Origin: Anolis carolinensis
Lineage: Eukaryota
Assembly (NCBI RefSeq): GCF_035594765.1
Contig: NW_026943825.1
Location: 14,376,590 to 14,440,589 of the forward strand
Reading direction: 5' to 3'
DNA length: 64,000 nt
The stretch's first letter is position 1; every line of letters begins with the position of its first letter. The notes under the pieces are model-generated. The model saw only the letters and a list, made by a program, of their open reading frames with translations. It was not told the DNA's origin and ran no database searches. Below are positions 12,924 to 24,497 of this stretch, piece after piece. A program made the translations under genes and the position numbers.

Positions 12924-13509
12924 GAGTGGTTCCCAACCTTTTTTTGACCAGGGACTATTTTGACCTGGGACCACTTGACCAGGGACCACCTTGACCAGGG
13001 ACCACTCTCCAACATTAGTACCAAAAGGGTTATGAATCAGTTTTTGATCAACTTTAGATTCGGTTTGGTTACTTTGGGTGTTGATTTTGGGTGTTGGATA
13101 GATCACATCAGCTCTAATTTATAATACAGAACATATGCAACCCAGTAGCTGCCATCTGCTCGCCCAGAGAAAACCATATTTAATAATCTAGAGCTGACAT
13201 GGTCTATTCAATGCAATTTTCCGAATCAGCACCCCAAATAACCCCAGGAACAGGCCTAAAATGAAGACACATGGAATGGATCCACTCAGGGTGAAGGAAG
13301 AGGAGAAGAAGCAGCAGTCAGGAAGCTTGTTGTCACATCTTTCATGGGTAGTCAACCTCTCCCGACATCCCCGTGACCTCGGCACCATAAGAGGGTTTTG
13401 CGAGACCAGTCACACTCCTTGCAGTCATGTAGTAATTGTGCAGACGAGGACCATATTTTAGTTCTTGGGGACCACTGGTGGTCCATGGACCACAGGTTGG
13501 GGACCACTG
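12924..13509. mobile_element. hAT non-autonomous element (same family at 27802-28603 and 39512-40476)
   Basis: TIR (C)AGTGGTTCCCAACCT / AGGTTGGGGACCACTG; flanks ATCTACAT / ATCTACAC (7 of 8 match). Confidence 0.85.
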
Positions 13510-13987
13510 ATCTACACAATAGATTTAGTGCAACTTGACATCACTTTAATTGCCATGGCTCTAGAGGGCTGAATCAGACACAGATGGGTTTAAGGCAATA
13601 TCGGAGGTTTATTTTCAATGGCCAGAGAGGATGTCAGTGGATAAAACACTCCACTATATCTTTAGCTCCAATGCGAAAAATGGTGTTAGATTTGATAAAC
13701 AACAGGGTGCTTCAAGGTGTTGGTCGTATCAATAGGTCTCTCCATAGGGGTCCATAGACCTGGGAAAGGAAGTGTTTCCAGACTAGACCAGATTATATCA
13801 GGTAAACAGACAAAGTAGACCTACAGGTCCTGACGCAAATTCATTGTGTGCCCCCCATCATTCCTCCCATTTCACTGTGTGAGGATTATGGCAATTTCCT
13901 CTTGGTGAGGGCAAAATGAAGTAACATTCAAGGGTATTTCCATGGAATTTCATAAAAAGGTTACTGTAAGACAATCAGAAATAACTA

Positions 13988-14991
13988 CAGTAAAGTCTCG
14001 CTTATCCAATCTTCACTTATCCAACGTTCTGTATTATCCAATGCAGTCTGCCTTTTAGTAGTGTTTTTGTAGTGAATATTTTCGATACACTGCAATGTTT
14101 TGGTGATAAATTCGTAAATGCAGTAATGACTACATAACGTTACTGTGTATTGAACTGCATTTTTTTGTTGATTTGTTGTAAAATGTGACGTCTTTGTGCT
14201 TAATTTGTAAAATCATAACATAGTTTGATGTTTAATAGGCTTTTCCTGAATCCCTCCTTATTATCCAACATTTTCTCTTATCCAACGTTCTGCTGCCCCT
14301 TTTTATGTTGGATAAGCATTTTGCACTGTTTTAATTTTGTTTATTGTATATTATACTATTTAAATGTTTTAATTGTTTTAATGTTATTTTATTGTATACT
14401 AGCTTGGGGACCCGGCGGTGTCCGGGTATTTTGAGAAACTTGTGTGGGAAGTTTGGTCCAGATCCAAAGTCAGCTGGGTTCAGTGCTGTCTGTATAAGGG
14501 TGAACTACAACTGCCACGAAGTGAGTGAAGCTACTTGGTCCATCCTCCCCCAATCTGCCCCAGGATGGAAAGGGGTTCATTGGGGTTCTGTGTGCCAAGT
14601 TAGGTCCTGTTCCGTCACTGGTGGGCGTCGCAGTGGCCTGTGGGAGCCATAGCGATTGAAAGTACTACAAATCCCATCATCCATGGTCCATTGTCCCACA
14701 AATGGCACCAGGGCGTAAAGCCCAACATGGGGATTAAGTGTGCCATGTTTGGTCCAGATCCGTCATTCCTGGTGGTCTCAGTGGCCTGGGATAGTGGCGG
14801 CCAATCAGAAATCTGGCACATACTCGCATACAAACATACATACAAACATTCACTTTTATTATATATATAGATTGGTGTCTTGGCATTAATTGCCATTTTT
14901 GTAAGCCGCCCTGAGTCCCCTCGGGTGAAAAGGGCGGGGTAGAAATGATAGAAATAAACAAACAAACAAATAAATAAGCAAGACTCTACTG
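13988..14991. mobile_element. Mariner MITE whose right TIR is interrupted by an L2-type tail (about 14319-14973), itself interrupted by a Helitron
   Basis: Left TIR CAGTAAAGTCTCGCTTATCCAA. Right TIR is split as GTTGGATAAGCA ... ATAAGCAAGACTCTACTG. Confidence 0.8.
14399..14871 (-). mobile_element. Non-autonomous Helitron
   Basis: The minus strand starts TC (TCTATATATATAATAAAAG) and ends CTAG, with a subterminal hairpin ACCCGG...CCGGGT. Inserted between A and T with no TSD. Confidence 0.8.
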
Positions 14992-15497
14992 TATGTGGCT
15001 AGCTATATTTTCCTAATGGAGCCATGTCTTATAATTCATAATTTTGGGGTCCAATTTTTGATAACACTACAACACCCATGATTCCATAGTATAGAACCAT
15101 GTCCTTTAAAGTTATGTTCAGATGGTCCAGGGTTCTCCAGGGAGTCGCAAACTCTCCATCTTTGGAAGTCGTACAATGGAGATTTTGAATGGACTTTTTC
15201 CGGAGTGTTTTAGATGTCTATTCTTGCAGGGCAGGGAGGTTGAACCCGTTCAGGGATGATCGAAACCATTACCCAGAACTTGTACAAGGCTGACTCCCCC
15301 GATTCAAAGCAACATGGTGACCCCGGATGGCTGACGCAACGTTTTAAAATGTAGTCATGGAACACACACATATTAAATTAATGATCTGATGGAAAGATGC
15401 TGGCCTGTGCACATTTCTTAGTCATTTTCCCTACTCTAAGCAAAAATCATGCACAAACAAAATAATCAGTAACTAACTAATTAAACATCTATTCTCA

Positions 15498-15600
15498 GAC
15501 CACAAAGAATGCCACCAAAACAGTATAAAAGCATCAGCTCTCTAGAGCTCCTCCAACAACTTGAATTCTCTCCAGTCCTTCACAGTTGCTCTTCAGAGAG
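15498..15600 (+). promoter_or_regulatory. Gene A2 TATA box (15524-15530) and non-coding exon 1 (about 15556-15600)
   Basis: ACCACAAAGAATGCCACCAAAACAGTATAAAA; donor GAG/GTGAGTAT at 15601. Confidence 0.88.
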
Positions 15601-15695
15601 GTGAGTATGTTCTTGCTAGAAGTAGCTGGGATCATAGATGAAATGAAATTTGCATGGTTGATGGTTGTTTTCTGTGAAAGAAAGAGGATCCGAAC

Positions 15696-15983
15696 CAGAG
15701 CCAGTCCAACAATGAGGCGAATTAAGCGGTCGCTTCGGGCGCCAAACATACGGGGGCGCAGTTGAGGCTCCTTTTTCTGTTGATTTGTTGTAAACCGTGA
15801 TGTTTTGGTGCTTAATTTGTAAAATCTTAATGTAATTTGATGTTTAATAGGCTTTTCCTTAATCCTTCCTTATTATCCAACATTTTCCCTTATCCAACGC
15901 TTTTATTTTTCAGTGATTGGTTGGGGGGGGGGGCACCAAAATTCTGTTCACCTACACTTGAAAAATACTTAGGGCCGGCTCTG
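15696..15983. mobile_element. hAT MITE containing an internal piece of the mariner MITE (second copy at 27382-27664, inverted)
   Basis: TIR CAGAGCC(A/G)G / CCGGCTCTG; perfect 8-bp TSD ATCCGAAC. Confidence 0.88.
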
Positions 15984-16012
15984 ATCCGAACTCATGAGTT
16001 GAGTACAAACTT

Positions 16013-16800
16013 TCATAGAATCATAGAATAGTAGAGTTGGAAGAGACCTCATGGGCCATCCAGTCCAACCCCCCGCTAAGAAGCAGGAAATCGCATTCAA
16101 AGCACCCCCGACAGATGGCCATCCAGCCTCTGTTTAAAAGCCTCCAAAGAAGGAGCCTCCACCATAGTCCGGGGAGAGAGTTCCACTGCCGAACAGCCCT
16201 TCTCACAGTGAGGAAGTTCTTCCTGATGTTCAGGTGGAATCTCCTTTCCTGTAGTTTGAAGCCATTGGTCTGCGCCCTTTGATAGAATCTTAGAATCATA
16301 GAGTTGAAAGAGGCCTTGTGGGCTATCCACTCCAACCCCCTGCCAAGAAGGAGGAAAATCGCATTCAAAAAGCCCCTGACAGATGGCCATCCAGCCTCTG
16401 TTTAAACGCCTCCAAAAAAGGAGCTGGAGCAGAGAGTTCCACCGATGAGCAGCTCTCACAGTGAGGAAGTTCTTCCTCATGTTCAGGTGGAGTGTCCTGT
16501 AAATTGAAGCCATTGTTCTGCGCCCTAGTCTCCAGGGCAGCAGAAAACAAGCTTGCTCCCTCCTTCCTATAACTTCCCCCCACATCTTGTTCCATGGCCC
16601 TTATCATGTCTCCTCTCAGCCTTCTCTTCTGCAGGCTCAGTTCTTTAAGCCGCTCCTCATAGGGCTTGTTCTCCAGACCTTTGATCATTTTAGTTGCCCT
16701 CCTCTGGACACATTCCAGCTTGTCAACATCTCCCTTGAATTGCAGTGCCCAGAATTGGACACAGTGTGATTCCAGGTGTGGTCTGACTAAGCCAGAATGG
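16013..16800 (-). mobile_element. Two adjacent CR1 3' ends in the A2 intron; the longer copy resumes at about 17908-17980 after a hAT insertion
   Basis: CR1 RT C-terminal peptides in ORFs 16021-16844; ATTCTATG-type tails at about 16013 and 16283-16300. Confidence 0.9.
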
Positions 16801-16809
16801 GCACTAGAC

Positions 16810-17115
16810 CAATGACGGGCAAGCTTTTGCGCTTGGTGTGTCAAAATTCACCAAAAAACCTAGCATGACTTGGGTCGTGTGTCACTTTCAGAAATAAATA
16901 TGTAAAAAAATTGCAATATGTAGTTTAAATAAAAAAATGTATAATTGTAATATATAACTGTATTTAATAAATCAAAAACTATTTACTACCCTTATTTCCA
17001 TGTACAACGATCTATGGGACCTCTTGCAGTTTCTAGGCTGATTTCTCTCTATTCTAGTTTCAATGTAGTCATGAATAATGAATAATATAATAGTAATAAT
17101 ATGATAATATACTAC

Positions 17116-17161
<46 letters not shown>

Positions 17162-17899
17162 TCTCCTAGCTTTGCCCGGCTAAGCGTTGCTGTGGCTTAT
17201 GGGAATCCTTTGTTGGCCAGGTGGAGTAGGAGTGAATAGCCTTGCAGTCTCAAAGCCTGACCGTTTTCTGGAGTAGCTGGAGCTTTTTGTTGTATGAACG
17301 TAGAGGCATGGATGAGGGGTTGTGCTGCCAAGTTTAGTGTTTCTGGGATGTGTAATTTTGTTGTTTTGTCCTAGGCCGAAATTTCATTACCCTTATATAT
17401 ATATACTAGCTGTTCCCGGCCACGCGTTGCTGTGGCAAAGTATGGTGGTATGGGAAATAAAGTATTGAGGCATTGGTGGTAGTTAAGGTAAAGGGTAAAG
17501 GTTTTCCCCTGACGGAGCTTAGCCTTCTAACTGGCAGCAATTGGATAAAAAACAATTATTCCTCTCCCTCTAATTTGGACTTTATTTTTCTTTTCTTTTT
17601 GTTGTATGAACGTAGAGGCATGGATGAGGGGTTGTGCTGCCAAGTTTAGTGTTTCTGGGATGTGTAGTTTTGTCGTTTTGTCCTAGGCCGAAATTTCATT
17701 ACCCTTTTAGATATATAGATAGATAAAAATGTAATGTGCATATTTCCCATGGAGTAAACAACAAAACCACTGGATCAAATCACACCAAATTTGGCCACAA
17801 AAGACGAAGTCATCCAATCAATCTGCTTGCGGCAGCGTGTCAGCAAAAATGGCTAGGTGTGTCAGTGCTGGCATGCATGTCATAGGTTGGCCATCACTG
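16810..17899. mobile_element. hAT non-autonomous element containing (AAT)n and two tandem Helitrons
   Basis: TIR CAATGACGGGCAAGCT / AGGTTGGCCATCACTG; perfect 8-bp TSD CACTAGAC. Confidence 0.85.
17166..17719 (-). mobile_element. Head-to-tail pair of non-autonomous Helitrons (17166-17405 and 17406-17719)
   Basis: Each ends on the minus strand in GCCACAGCAACGC...GCCGGG...CTAG. They share a 5' segment (TATATAAGGGTAATGAAATTTCGG), and the outer copy starts with TC. Confidence 0.75.
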
Positions 17900-18039
17900 C
17901 ACTAGACACTAGACTCCTATTTATACAGGCCTAAATTCCATTGGCTTTCTTAGCTGCCACATCACATTGTTGGTTCATGTTGTATGCTAATCTCTCCCCA
18001 TTTTCTTGTTTCTTGCAGACTCTCTCCCATCACTCCAAC

Positions 18040-18396
18040 ATGTCTTGCTGTCCACCACCTTGTTGCCCGCCATCCTGCACTATCCCATCATGCTCCTCCA
18101 TGCCAATGTATGGCCTTGGTGGCACTGGCGGAACTTCTGGTGGTGGAAGAAGTGTCTCCACTAGAGAGCTTGGGACCGTAGCTGGGGTAACTCCTCAATC
18201 CGTCAGCCAGCTCCCATCCTCGGAAGTTGTGATCCAGCCAGCCCCTTTCATCATGGTCGTTCCAGGACCCATCTTGTCTTCCAGCTGTGAACCCATTTAC
18301 GTTGGGGGTGCCACTTCTCCTGGTGGAGGTGGATTTGGTGGTCGTCTTGGATCTTCTTCCATGGGAAGCTGTGGCGTCCGTTGTCTCCCTTGCTAG
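18040..18396 (+). CDS. Corneous beta-protein, Cys/Pro-rich head type, 118 aa (gene A2, paralogue of A1)
   Basis: Core box SEVVIQPAPFIMVVPGPILS; acceptor TTGCAG ending at 18018; ATG at 18040; AATAAA at 18788-18793. Confidence 0.95.
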   Translation: MSCCPPPCCPPSCTIPSCSSMPMYGLGGTGGTSGGGRSVSTRELGTVAGVTPQSVSQLPSSEVVIQPAPFIMVVPGPILSSSCEPIYVGGATSPGGGGFGGRLGSSSMGSCGVRCLPC

Positions 18397-19626
18397 ATCC
18401 TTAAGGACTGTCTAAACTGGAACATGAAGAAGGAAAGGACTACCTGAGACATTCAAAGTCGACGATTCAGACCTGGGTTTCCGTGGGTTGTGAGCGATCT
18501 ATATCTTCATCCAACATGTTGGGACTATGAAGTGCCCCCAGCATTTGGAAACTCAGGTCCACATCTCTCTTTCAATCTTCTACTATTCATCTCTTGAATC
18601 TGTGCTTGAGGACGTAGGCCTGAAAATCAAACATAATAACTGTCTGAAATGCGATGTCAGGCTTAAGAGGGCTGTGGATGCTTCATGATGTTGAAAGCTT
18701 GAGGATTCTGGTCACTCTTTACAGCTTTTCATATATGGTATTGCTTTGCTGCACAGAATCTTTTCTTTGTAAATCTCTCTCTTTCCTAATAAATCACTTT
18801 GCATCATCATATTTGTCTGCTAATTTTCTTCATGTGTCAAAGAGTCCAATTCCACCTTTCTTAGAAATACTCAAGCCAAGTCCACTAGGAATGGGTTGGG
18901 TGTCAATAGAAGTCACTCTAGGATTTAGTTTGAAGTTTAAGCAGCAATCCAAAGTGTTGAAACCCAACCCAGAACAGGTCAAGGACCTTGAATAAATATT
19001 TTCAAATTTATATTAAAAGTCACACTTCCTTCACTAGGGAATGATGCCACCAGGATTTGTGCAAATGAGATGGGACTAATTCTTGGTTGTGGTAGTGGTG
19101 TAATTGAGGTGAAGCTTTCCAAGTCCCCAATGTGTCCCAATGTTCTAAAAGTTGCCCAACCTTGTCTAAATGTTACATAGTTGTAAAAGAAGAATGAAAG
19201 GTGTTTATTCAAAGACATCCAATCTGAGTTTGAGAAATAAAACACAGCAATTCCAGAGGTCCAAACAAAAGCAAACAATAAGAATGTTCGCCACTTGGGT
19301 GTCTACTTCCCAAGATATGGTTGTCTTCCATTCTCATGTACCAAATGTAATCTTCAAGAGACTTGGCAACATGTTTATTGCAGTTTGACAACATATTGAG
19401 TCGTCTCTGCCAAAGAGTGCTGCTGCCTAACCAAACTACAAATCTAATGATTCCATAGCATTGAACCATGGCAGTTGAAATGGGATCAAACTGTGTTCAT
19501 GCTATATAAGAAAGCAGTGGCATTACTTAAGCACAAACACCATCTACTGGTCTCTTTATATTATAGCAGCTCAATTTGGTGACAACTTGGTGGAATGTGT
19601 CTGTATCTCCTCCAGATAATAGACAT

Positions 19627-20060
19627 AATGGATGATCTGCATAGGGAACTTGATAGGTGCAGTGTATCCCTGTTGGTTCTCTTAGATGTCTCAGCTGCCT
19701 TTGATATTGTAGACCATTGTATCCTTCCAAGACACCTTGTGGGAATAGGGCTTGGAGGCACTGTTCTGCAGTGGCTCCAGTCCTTCCTGGAGGGTTGTTC
19801 TCAGAAGGTGTTGTTGGGGGACATCCCACAACCATTGACTTGTAGGGCCCAGTACTGTCTCCCATATTGTTTAACATCTATATGAAGCCACTCTGGGAGA
19901 TGGAATTTTGGAGTACAATATCATCTGTTCGTAGATGACAGTATGTTTACTGTTGTGTCTATGATGTGGCATCGAATTTTTGCCATCATTTATAAGCCGC
20001 TCTGGGTGCTTTTCGGGGTGAGAAAGGAAGGGTATAAATATAATAAACAAATAAATAATA
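19627..20060 (+). mobile_element. Degraded L2 LINE RT fragment plus tail
   Basis: DDLHRELDRCSVSLLVLLDVSAAFDIVDH matches the L2 RT copies in this window; (TAAA)n tail at about 20035-20060. Confidence 0.8.
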
Positions 20061-21035
20061 CATTTAAATGCTCATCAGGACTGTAATGAATCTGTCTGGG
20101 AAGAAGTGATCGTTTTTTCAGTACTAAATAATTTAATCCATCACTAATAGTGTTCTCTGACTTTGAATGAATTTTGCAAGATGGAGCTTATGAGGTTCCC
20201 CTTCCAAAGGTTCTTTTAGTTTTCCCACTTCGATGGGAACATTTTTATAAGTTCAAGTGGCTCCCAAAGGATCTCAGGGAAGAAAATGACATAGGACCCA
20301 CCCGATATATCCGGAGAAGAGGACAAGACAATAGCCCTTCTGTATTCTATGCCTATCACTAGATAGGGTGGCATGTTCTATAACATCTGATTGGTCTATT
20401 TTAGTGTCCAATTGAAGGTGGGAGGGCCTGGAGGTTTGCCTACCAGCATCCAGTAACCTAAAAAAAAAGATCCCCATTCTGTCTAATGGTAAGGCTGCTC
20501 CACTCATAGTCCTACCCACAGGGATGGTTCATACACACACCATAACAAGATCAGAAAACCAACGTTATCATGCAGAATCAGCTTTATTCAAGACTGAAAG
20601 GAGACAAATCCAGAAGGAACACAACGGTTCAGAAAAGGACAAATAATAAATAATACAGGTGAAGAGACAGCTTCTCCATTGCACAATTCAAGTTCTTGCT
20701 TTGGCAATTAGTGAGGCAAATTAACGTAACTCATTTCAGTTAGTTCTTTGCATCATATTCAACAGGAGTGGTTCAGGAATCCTATGGTCTTTAGTTTACT
20801 CAGCAAGAAGGTCACATACAGAGAAGAACACAAATAGAAGGAACAGAGAGGGATGCATTTAGATGGAAAGCAGGATGATGAAAGAGATGCATGTGCCTGG
20901 TTTCCACTGGTACTGAACACTGTCCCAGTTTCCATGGACTTCATCCAGCAGAAAGTGCTCAGCTCAGCTCAGGCTTGGGTGTTCCGTTGTGAGATATTCC
21001 GTTGTTCCATTTCCGGGCCAAATGTCCATGAGAAC

Positions 21036-21548
21036 TTAAATACCGAGACCACAGATGGAGCCTTTCCCCACCAGGGATCCACGACGGCCACCAAGACGAC
21101 CACTGAGATACCCACCAGTGTATCCAATACCTAATCCATTACCAAATCCACTACCAAATCCACTACCATATCCACTACCAAATCCACTAATGCCAACTCC
21201 GCTAACAGCACATGGAGTGTGGCCTCCAACGAGAAGAGGCTCAGGGGTGGCAGAGAGGATGGGGCCTGGGATGGTGACCACAAATGCGGGTTGCTCCATC
21301 ACAACTTCTGATGGGGGGATTTGGTTGATACAGGATGGCTGAACTCCCGAGAGAACTCCCAGGTTGGCTGCAGATTCAATGCTGCCCGCAAGGCCATAGC
21401 CAGAGCCGATGCCAGAGCCGTAACCGATGCCAGAGCCAATGCCATAGTTAAAACCTCTGCCAAAGCTTCTGGAGCCTCCGGATCCGAAGCCAACGACTGG
21501 AGCGGCTTCGCAGGATGGGACAGCAGAGGAAGGTCCACAGTTGGCCAT
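21036..21548 (-). CDS. Corneous beta-protein, glycine-rich type, 170 aa (gene D)
   Basis: SCINQIPPSEVVMEQPAFVVTIPGPILS core with GSG/GYG repeats. Acceptor TTTTTTTCAG with exon 2 starting at 21567; AATAAA at 20583-20588 (minus). Confidence 0.95.
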   Translation of the reverse strand: MANCGPSSAVPSCEAAPVVGFGSGGSRSFGRGFNYGIGSGIGYGSGIGSGYGLAGSIESAANLGVLSGVQPSCINQIPPSEVVMEQPAFVVTIPGPILSATPEPLLVGGHTPCAVSGVGISGFGSGYGSGFGSGFGNGLGIGYTGGYLSGRLGGRRGSLVGKGSICGLGI

Positions 21549-21757
21549 TGTGTTGAGTGATGGAAGTCTGAAAAAAATAGAGAGGGATCATGAGACATGC
21601 AAAGCAGAAGAAGACTACCAGCACCCACCAGTAATGGAACCAACAGATCTCCCCAATGAATTTTATTCATTTCGTCCCAGTCTCTATAAATACATGGATT
21701 TGAATTGTGTTATCTCTACAAACCTTTGGAATCACTCCCAAAGCATCTATCCTTAGT

Positions 21758-23008
21758 GCAGTTGTCCCCTGGTATTTTGGCCTACAACTCCCAGAAATCC
21801 CAGGTTGAGAATCACTGCTCTAGAGTGTAGCAGCAAGGGTTTAGATCAGTGGTTGTCAACCTATGAGTCCCCAGGTATTTTGACTTACAATTCTCAGGAA
21901 TCCCAGGCTGAGAACTACTGCTCTAGAGTGTAGCAGCAAGGGTTTAGAACAGTGGTTCTCAACCTGTGAGTCCCCAGGTATTTTGTCTTACCATTCTCAG
22001 AAATCCCAGGCTGAGAACCACTGCTCTTAGAGTATAGCAGCAAGGGTTTAGATCAGTGGTTGTCAACCTGTGGGTTCCCAGGTGTTTTGGCCTACAACTC
22101 CCAGAAATCCCAGGTTGAGAACCACTGCTCTTCGAGTATAGCAGCAAGGGTTTAGATCAGTGGTTCTCAACCTGTGGGTTCCCAGGTGTTTTGACTTACA
22201 ATTCTGAGAAATCACAGGCTGAGAACCACTGCTCTAGAGTGTAGCAACAAGGTTTTAGATCAGTCAATCTGTGAGTCCCCAGGTGTTTTGACTTACAATT
22301 CTCAGAAATCCCAGGTTGAGAACCACTGCTCTAGAGTGTAACAGCAAGGGTTTAGATCAGTGGTTGTCAACCTGTGAGTCCCCAAGTATTTTGACTTACA
22401 ATTCTCAGAAATCCCAGGCTGAGAACTACTGCTCTAGAGTGTAGCAGCAAGGGTTTAGATCAGTGGTTCTCAACCTGTGGGTTCCCAGGTGTTTTGACTT
22501 ACAATTCTCAGGAATACCAGGCTGAGAACCACTGCTCTAGAGTGTAGCAGCAAGGGTTTAGATCAGTGGTTCTCAACCTGTGGGTTCCCAGGTGTTTTGA
22601 CTTACAATTCTGAGAAATCACAGGCTGAGAACCACTGCTCTAGAGTGTAGCAGCAAGGGTTTAGATCAGTGGTTCTCAACCTGTGGGTTCCCAGGTGTTT
22701 TGACTTACAATTCTCAGGAATACCAGGCTGAGAACCACTGCTCTAGAGTGTAGCAGCAAGGGTTTAGATCAGTGGTTCTCAACCTGTGGGTTCCCAGGTG
22801 TTTTGACTTACAATTCTGAGAAATCACAGGCTGAGAACCACTGCTCTAGAGTATAGCAGCAAGGGTTTAGATCAGTGGTTGTCAACCTGTGAGTCCCCAG
22901 GTGTTTTGTCCTACAACTCCCATAAATCCCAGCTAGTTTACCAGCTGTTAGGATTTCTCAGAGTTGAAGGCCAAAACATCTGGGGACCCACAGGTTGAGA
23001 ACCACTGC
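21758..23008. repeat. About 103-bp tandem array (11 spacer copies) built from a shortened hAT MITE plus a constant spacer, ending in a full MITE (22874-23008); inside the gene D intron
   Basis: Unit CAGTGGTTCTCAACCTGTG...GAGAACCACTGCT-CTAGAGTGTAGCAGCAAGGGTTTAGAT, with spacers at about 21820, 21923, 22027 ... 22846. Confidence 0.93.
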
Positions 23009-23388
23009 CCTAGTTGAACCCCAGTTGTTGTATTCTCTGCAAAAAGATTATTAGGAAGATCTCAATATATCTTTCTTCAAAAATGTGGACCCAAGGTAGG
23101 CTATGAGTCTATGAATTAAACTAAATACAATATTGTTAAAACACACAACAGATCAACACAGAATTGTGTCACTGGTTGGCATCAAAACCAATCTAAACAA
23201 CAACTAACTCCTTAGTTAAGAGGGACGTCAACGGAAGGAGAAAGTAGCTGTGATACTGTCCCCTCCTGAAACACTTGTTGGAAAATTCAGACAAATAATT
23301 TTTAATCACTGCATTTTCCATGCTTTCCCAAATGGATAAAGAATTTCAGAGATAGTTGCACACAGTGCTAGAGTTACGATGAGCTTAC

Positions 23389-23500
23389 CTGCTCTTTGGA
23401 GGAAGACAAGTTGAACCTTCGACTGGTTGTGAGATGAAGCTGTAGAGAGAGCTTGTTGTGGAGGTGCTTTTATACCATTTTCCCAGAATGAGTGACGGCT
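23389..23500 (-). promoter_or_regulatory. Gene D TATA box (23468-23474) and non-coding exon 1 (about 23443-23389)
   Basis: Minus-strand TATAAAA; exon starts ACAGCTTCATC; donor CAG/GTAAGC at 23388; GTCACTCA at 23489-23496. Confidence 0.85.
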
Positions 23501-24015
23501 TGGAAACGCCCGTTGTGTCCTGAGGTGTTAATAAGCTCCTATCAAAATTTTTGCATATGCATCATGACACCCATTTATCTTGATGACTCTTAACAAATGA
23601 AGGAAATAATTAATATTTTGCCAGGTCTTCAGAATATTTCAAAGCCATCTCTGGGTACTGTTTTGTTCTGTTACTTGTTTTCTTTCTTCCTTTCCCTTGG
23701 GAATGGTATTCAGAGATACCCTTAAAAGACTAGATATCTTTGTGTCTCTTTGATTCCTGGAATACTGGGAGTTGTAGTTTTACCAGGATTTCAACCTTCT
23801 CTGCTGGGTTTTTATTAAACTCCCAGTACTCCCACTACTCCATAGGACTGGGTTACAGCAGTTAAAAGAGTGTGAAATTGCATTCATTCTATAGTTTAGA
23901 GCCAGCCAAAGACTGGAGAAGGCAACCATGAAGCCAGATTCATCCTGACCTTCTTAGTTCAGCTTTTGATGTTTGTGAATGAAAGTTAGATGTCAGGAAA
24001 GCTAACAAGAAAAAG

Positions 24016-24497
24016 AACTTTTAATTTGAGAAATGTTCCACAGATACCATGTATGTCTGAGAAAACAAATAAATACGTCTTAGATCAAGCCTGAACCTTC
24101 ATTAGAACATTCCCTAGAAATTCATGTGGTCCTCAGACTGAAAGATCTCAAGATGTTATGAGGCCTTTATAGTCAATCCTAGCAGCTCTTATCCAAAACC
24201 TACCAACATTTTGTGTGTCCGTGATGCCAAAGTTATTTGTTTTTAGGTCATCTCCAACTTTTAATTTGAGAAATGTTCCACAGATAATGAATGTCTGAAA
24301 AAACAAATAAATAGGTCTTAGATCAAGCCTGAAGCTTCATTAGAACATTCCCTAGAAATTCATGTTGTCCTCAAACTGAAAGATCTCACAATGTTATGAA
24401 GCCTTTATAGTCAATCCTAGCAGCTCTTATCCAAAACCTACAAACATTTTGTGTGTCCATGATGCTGATGTTATCTGCTTTTAGGACATCTCCAACT
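24016..24497. repeat. Direct tandem duplication, period about 240 bp
   Basis: AACTTTTAATTTGAGAAATGTTCCACAGAT restarts at 24016 and 24256. Confidence 0.92.

Noticed and set aside
18382-18396. C-terminal CLPC as a CaaX prenylation signal
   Set aside because: Terminal cysteines are typical cross-linking residues of CBPs and nothing else supports prenylation.
21055-21670. Antisense and alternative-frame ORFs over the CBP genes
   Set aside because: Shadow frames produced by Gly-codon repeats.
21758-23008. Palindromic repeat plus spacer arrangement resembling a CRISPR array (also 43878-44612)
   Set aside because: The spacer is constant and the palindrome is a common hAT-type MITE.
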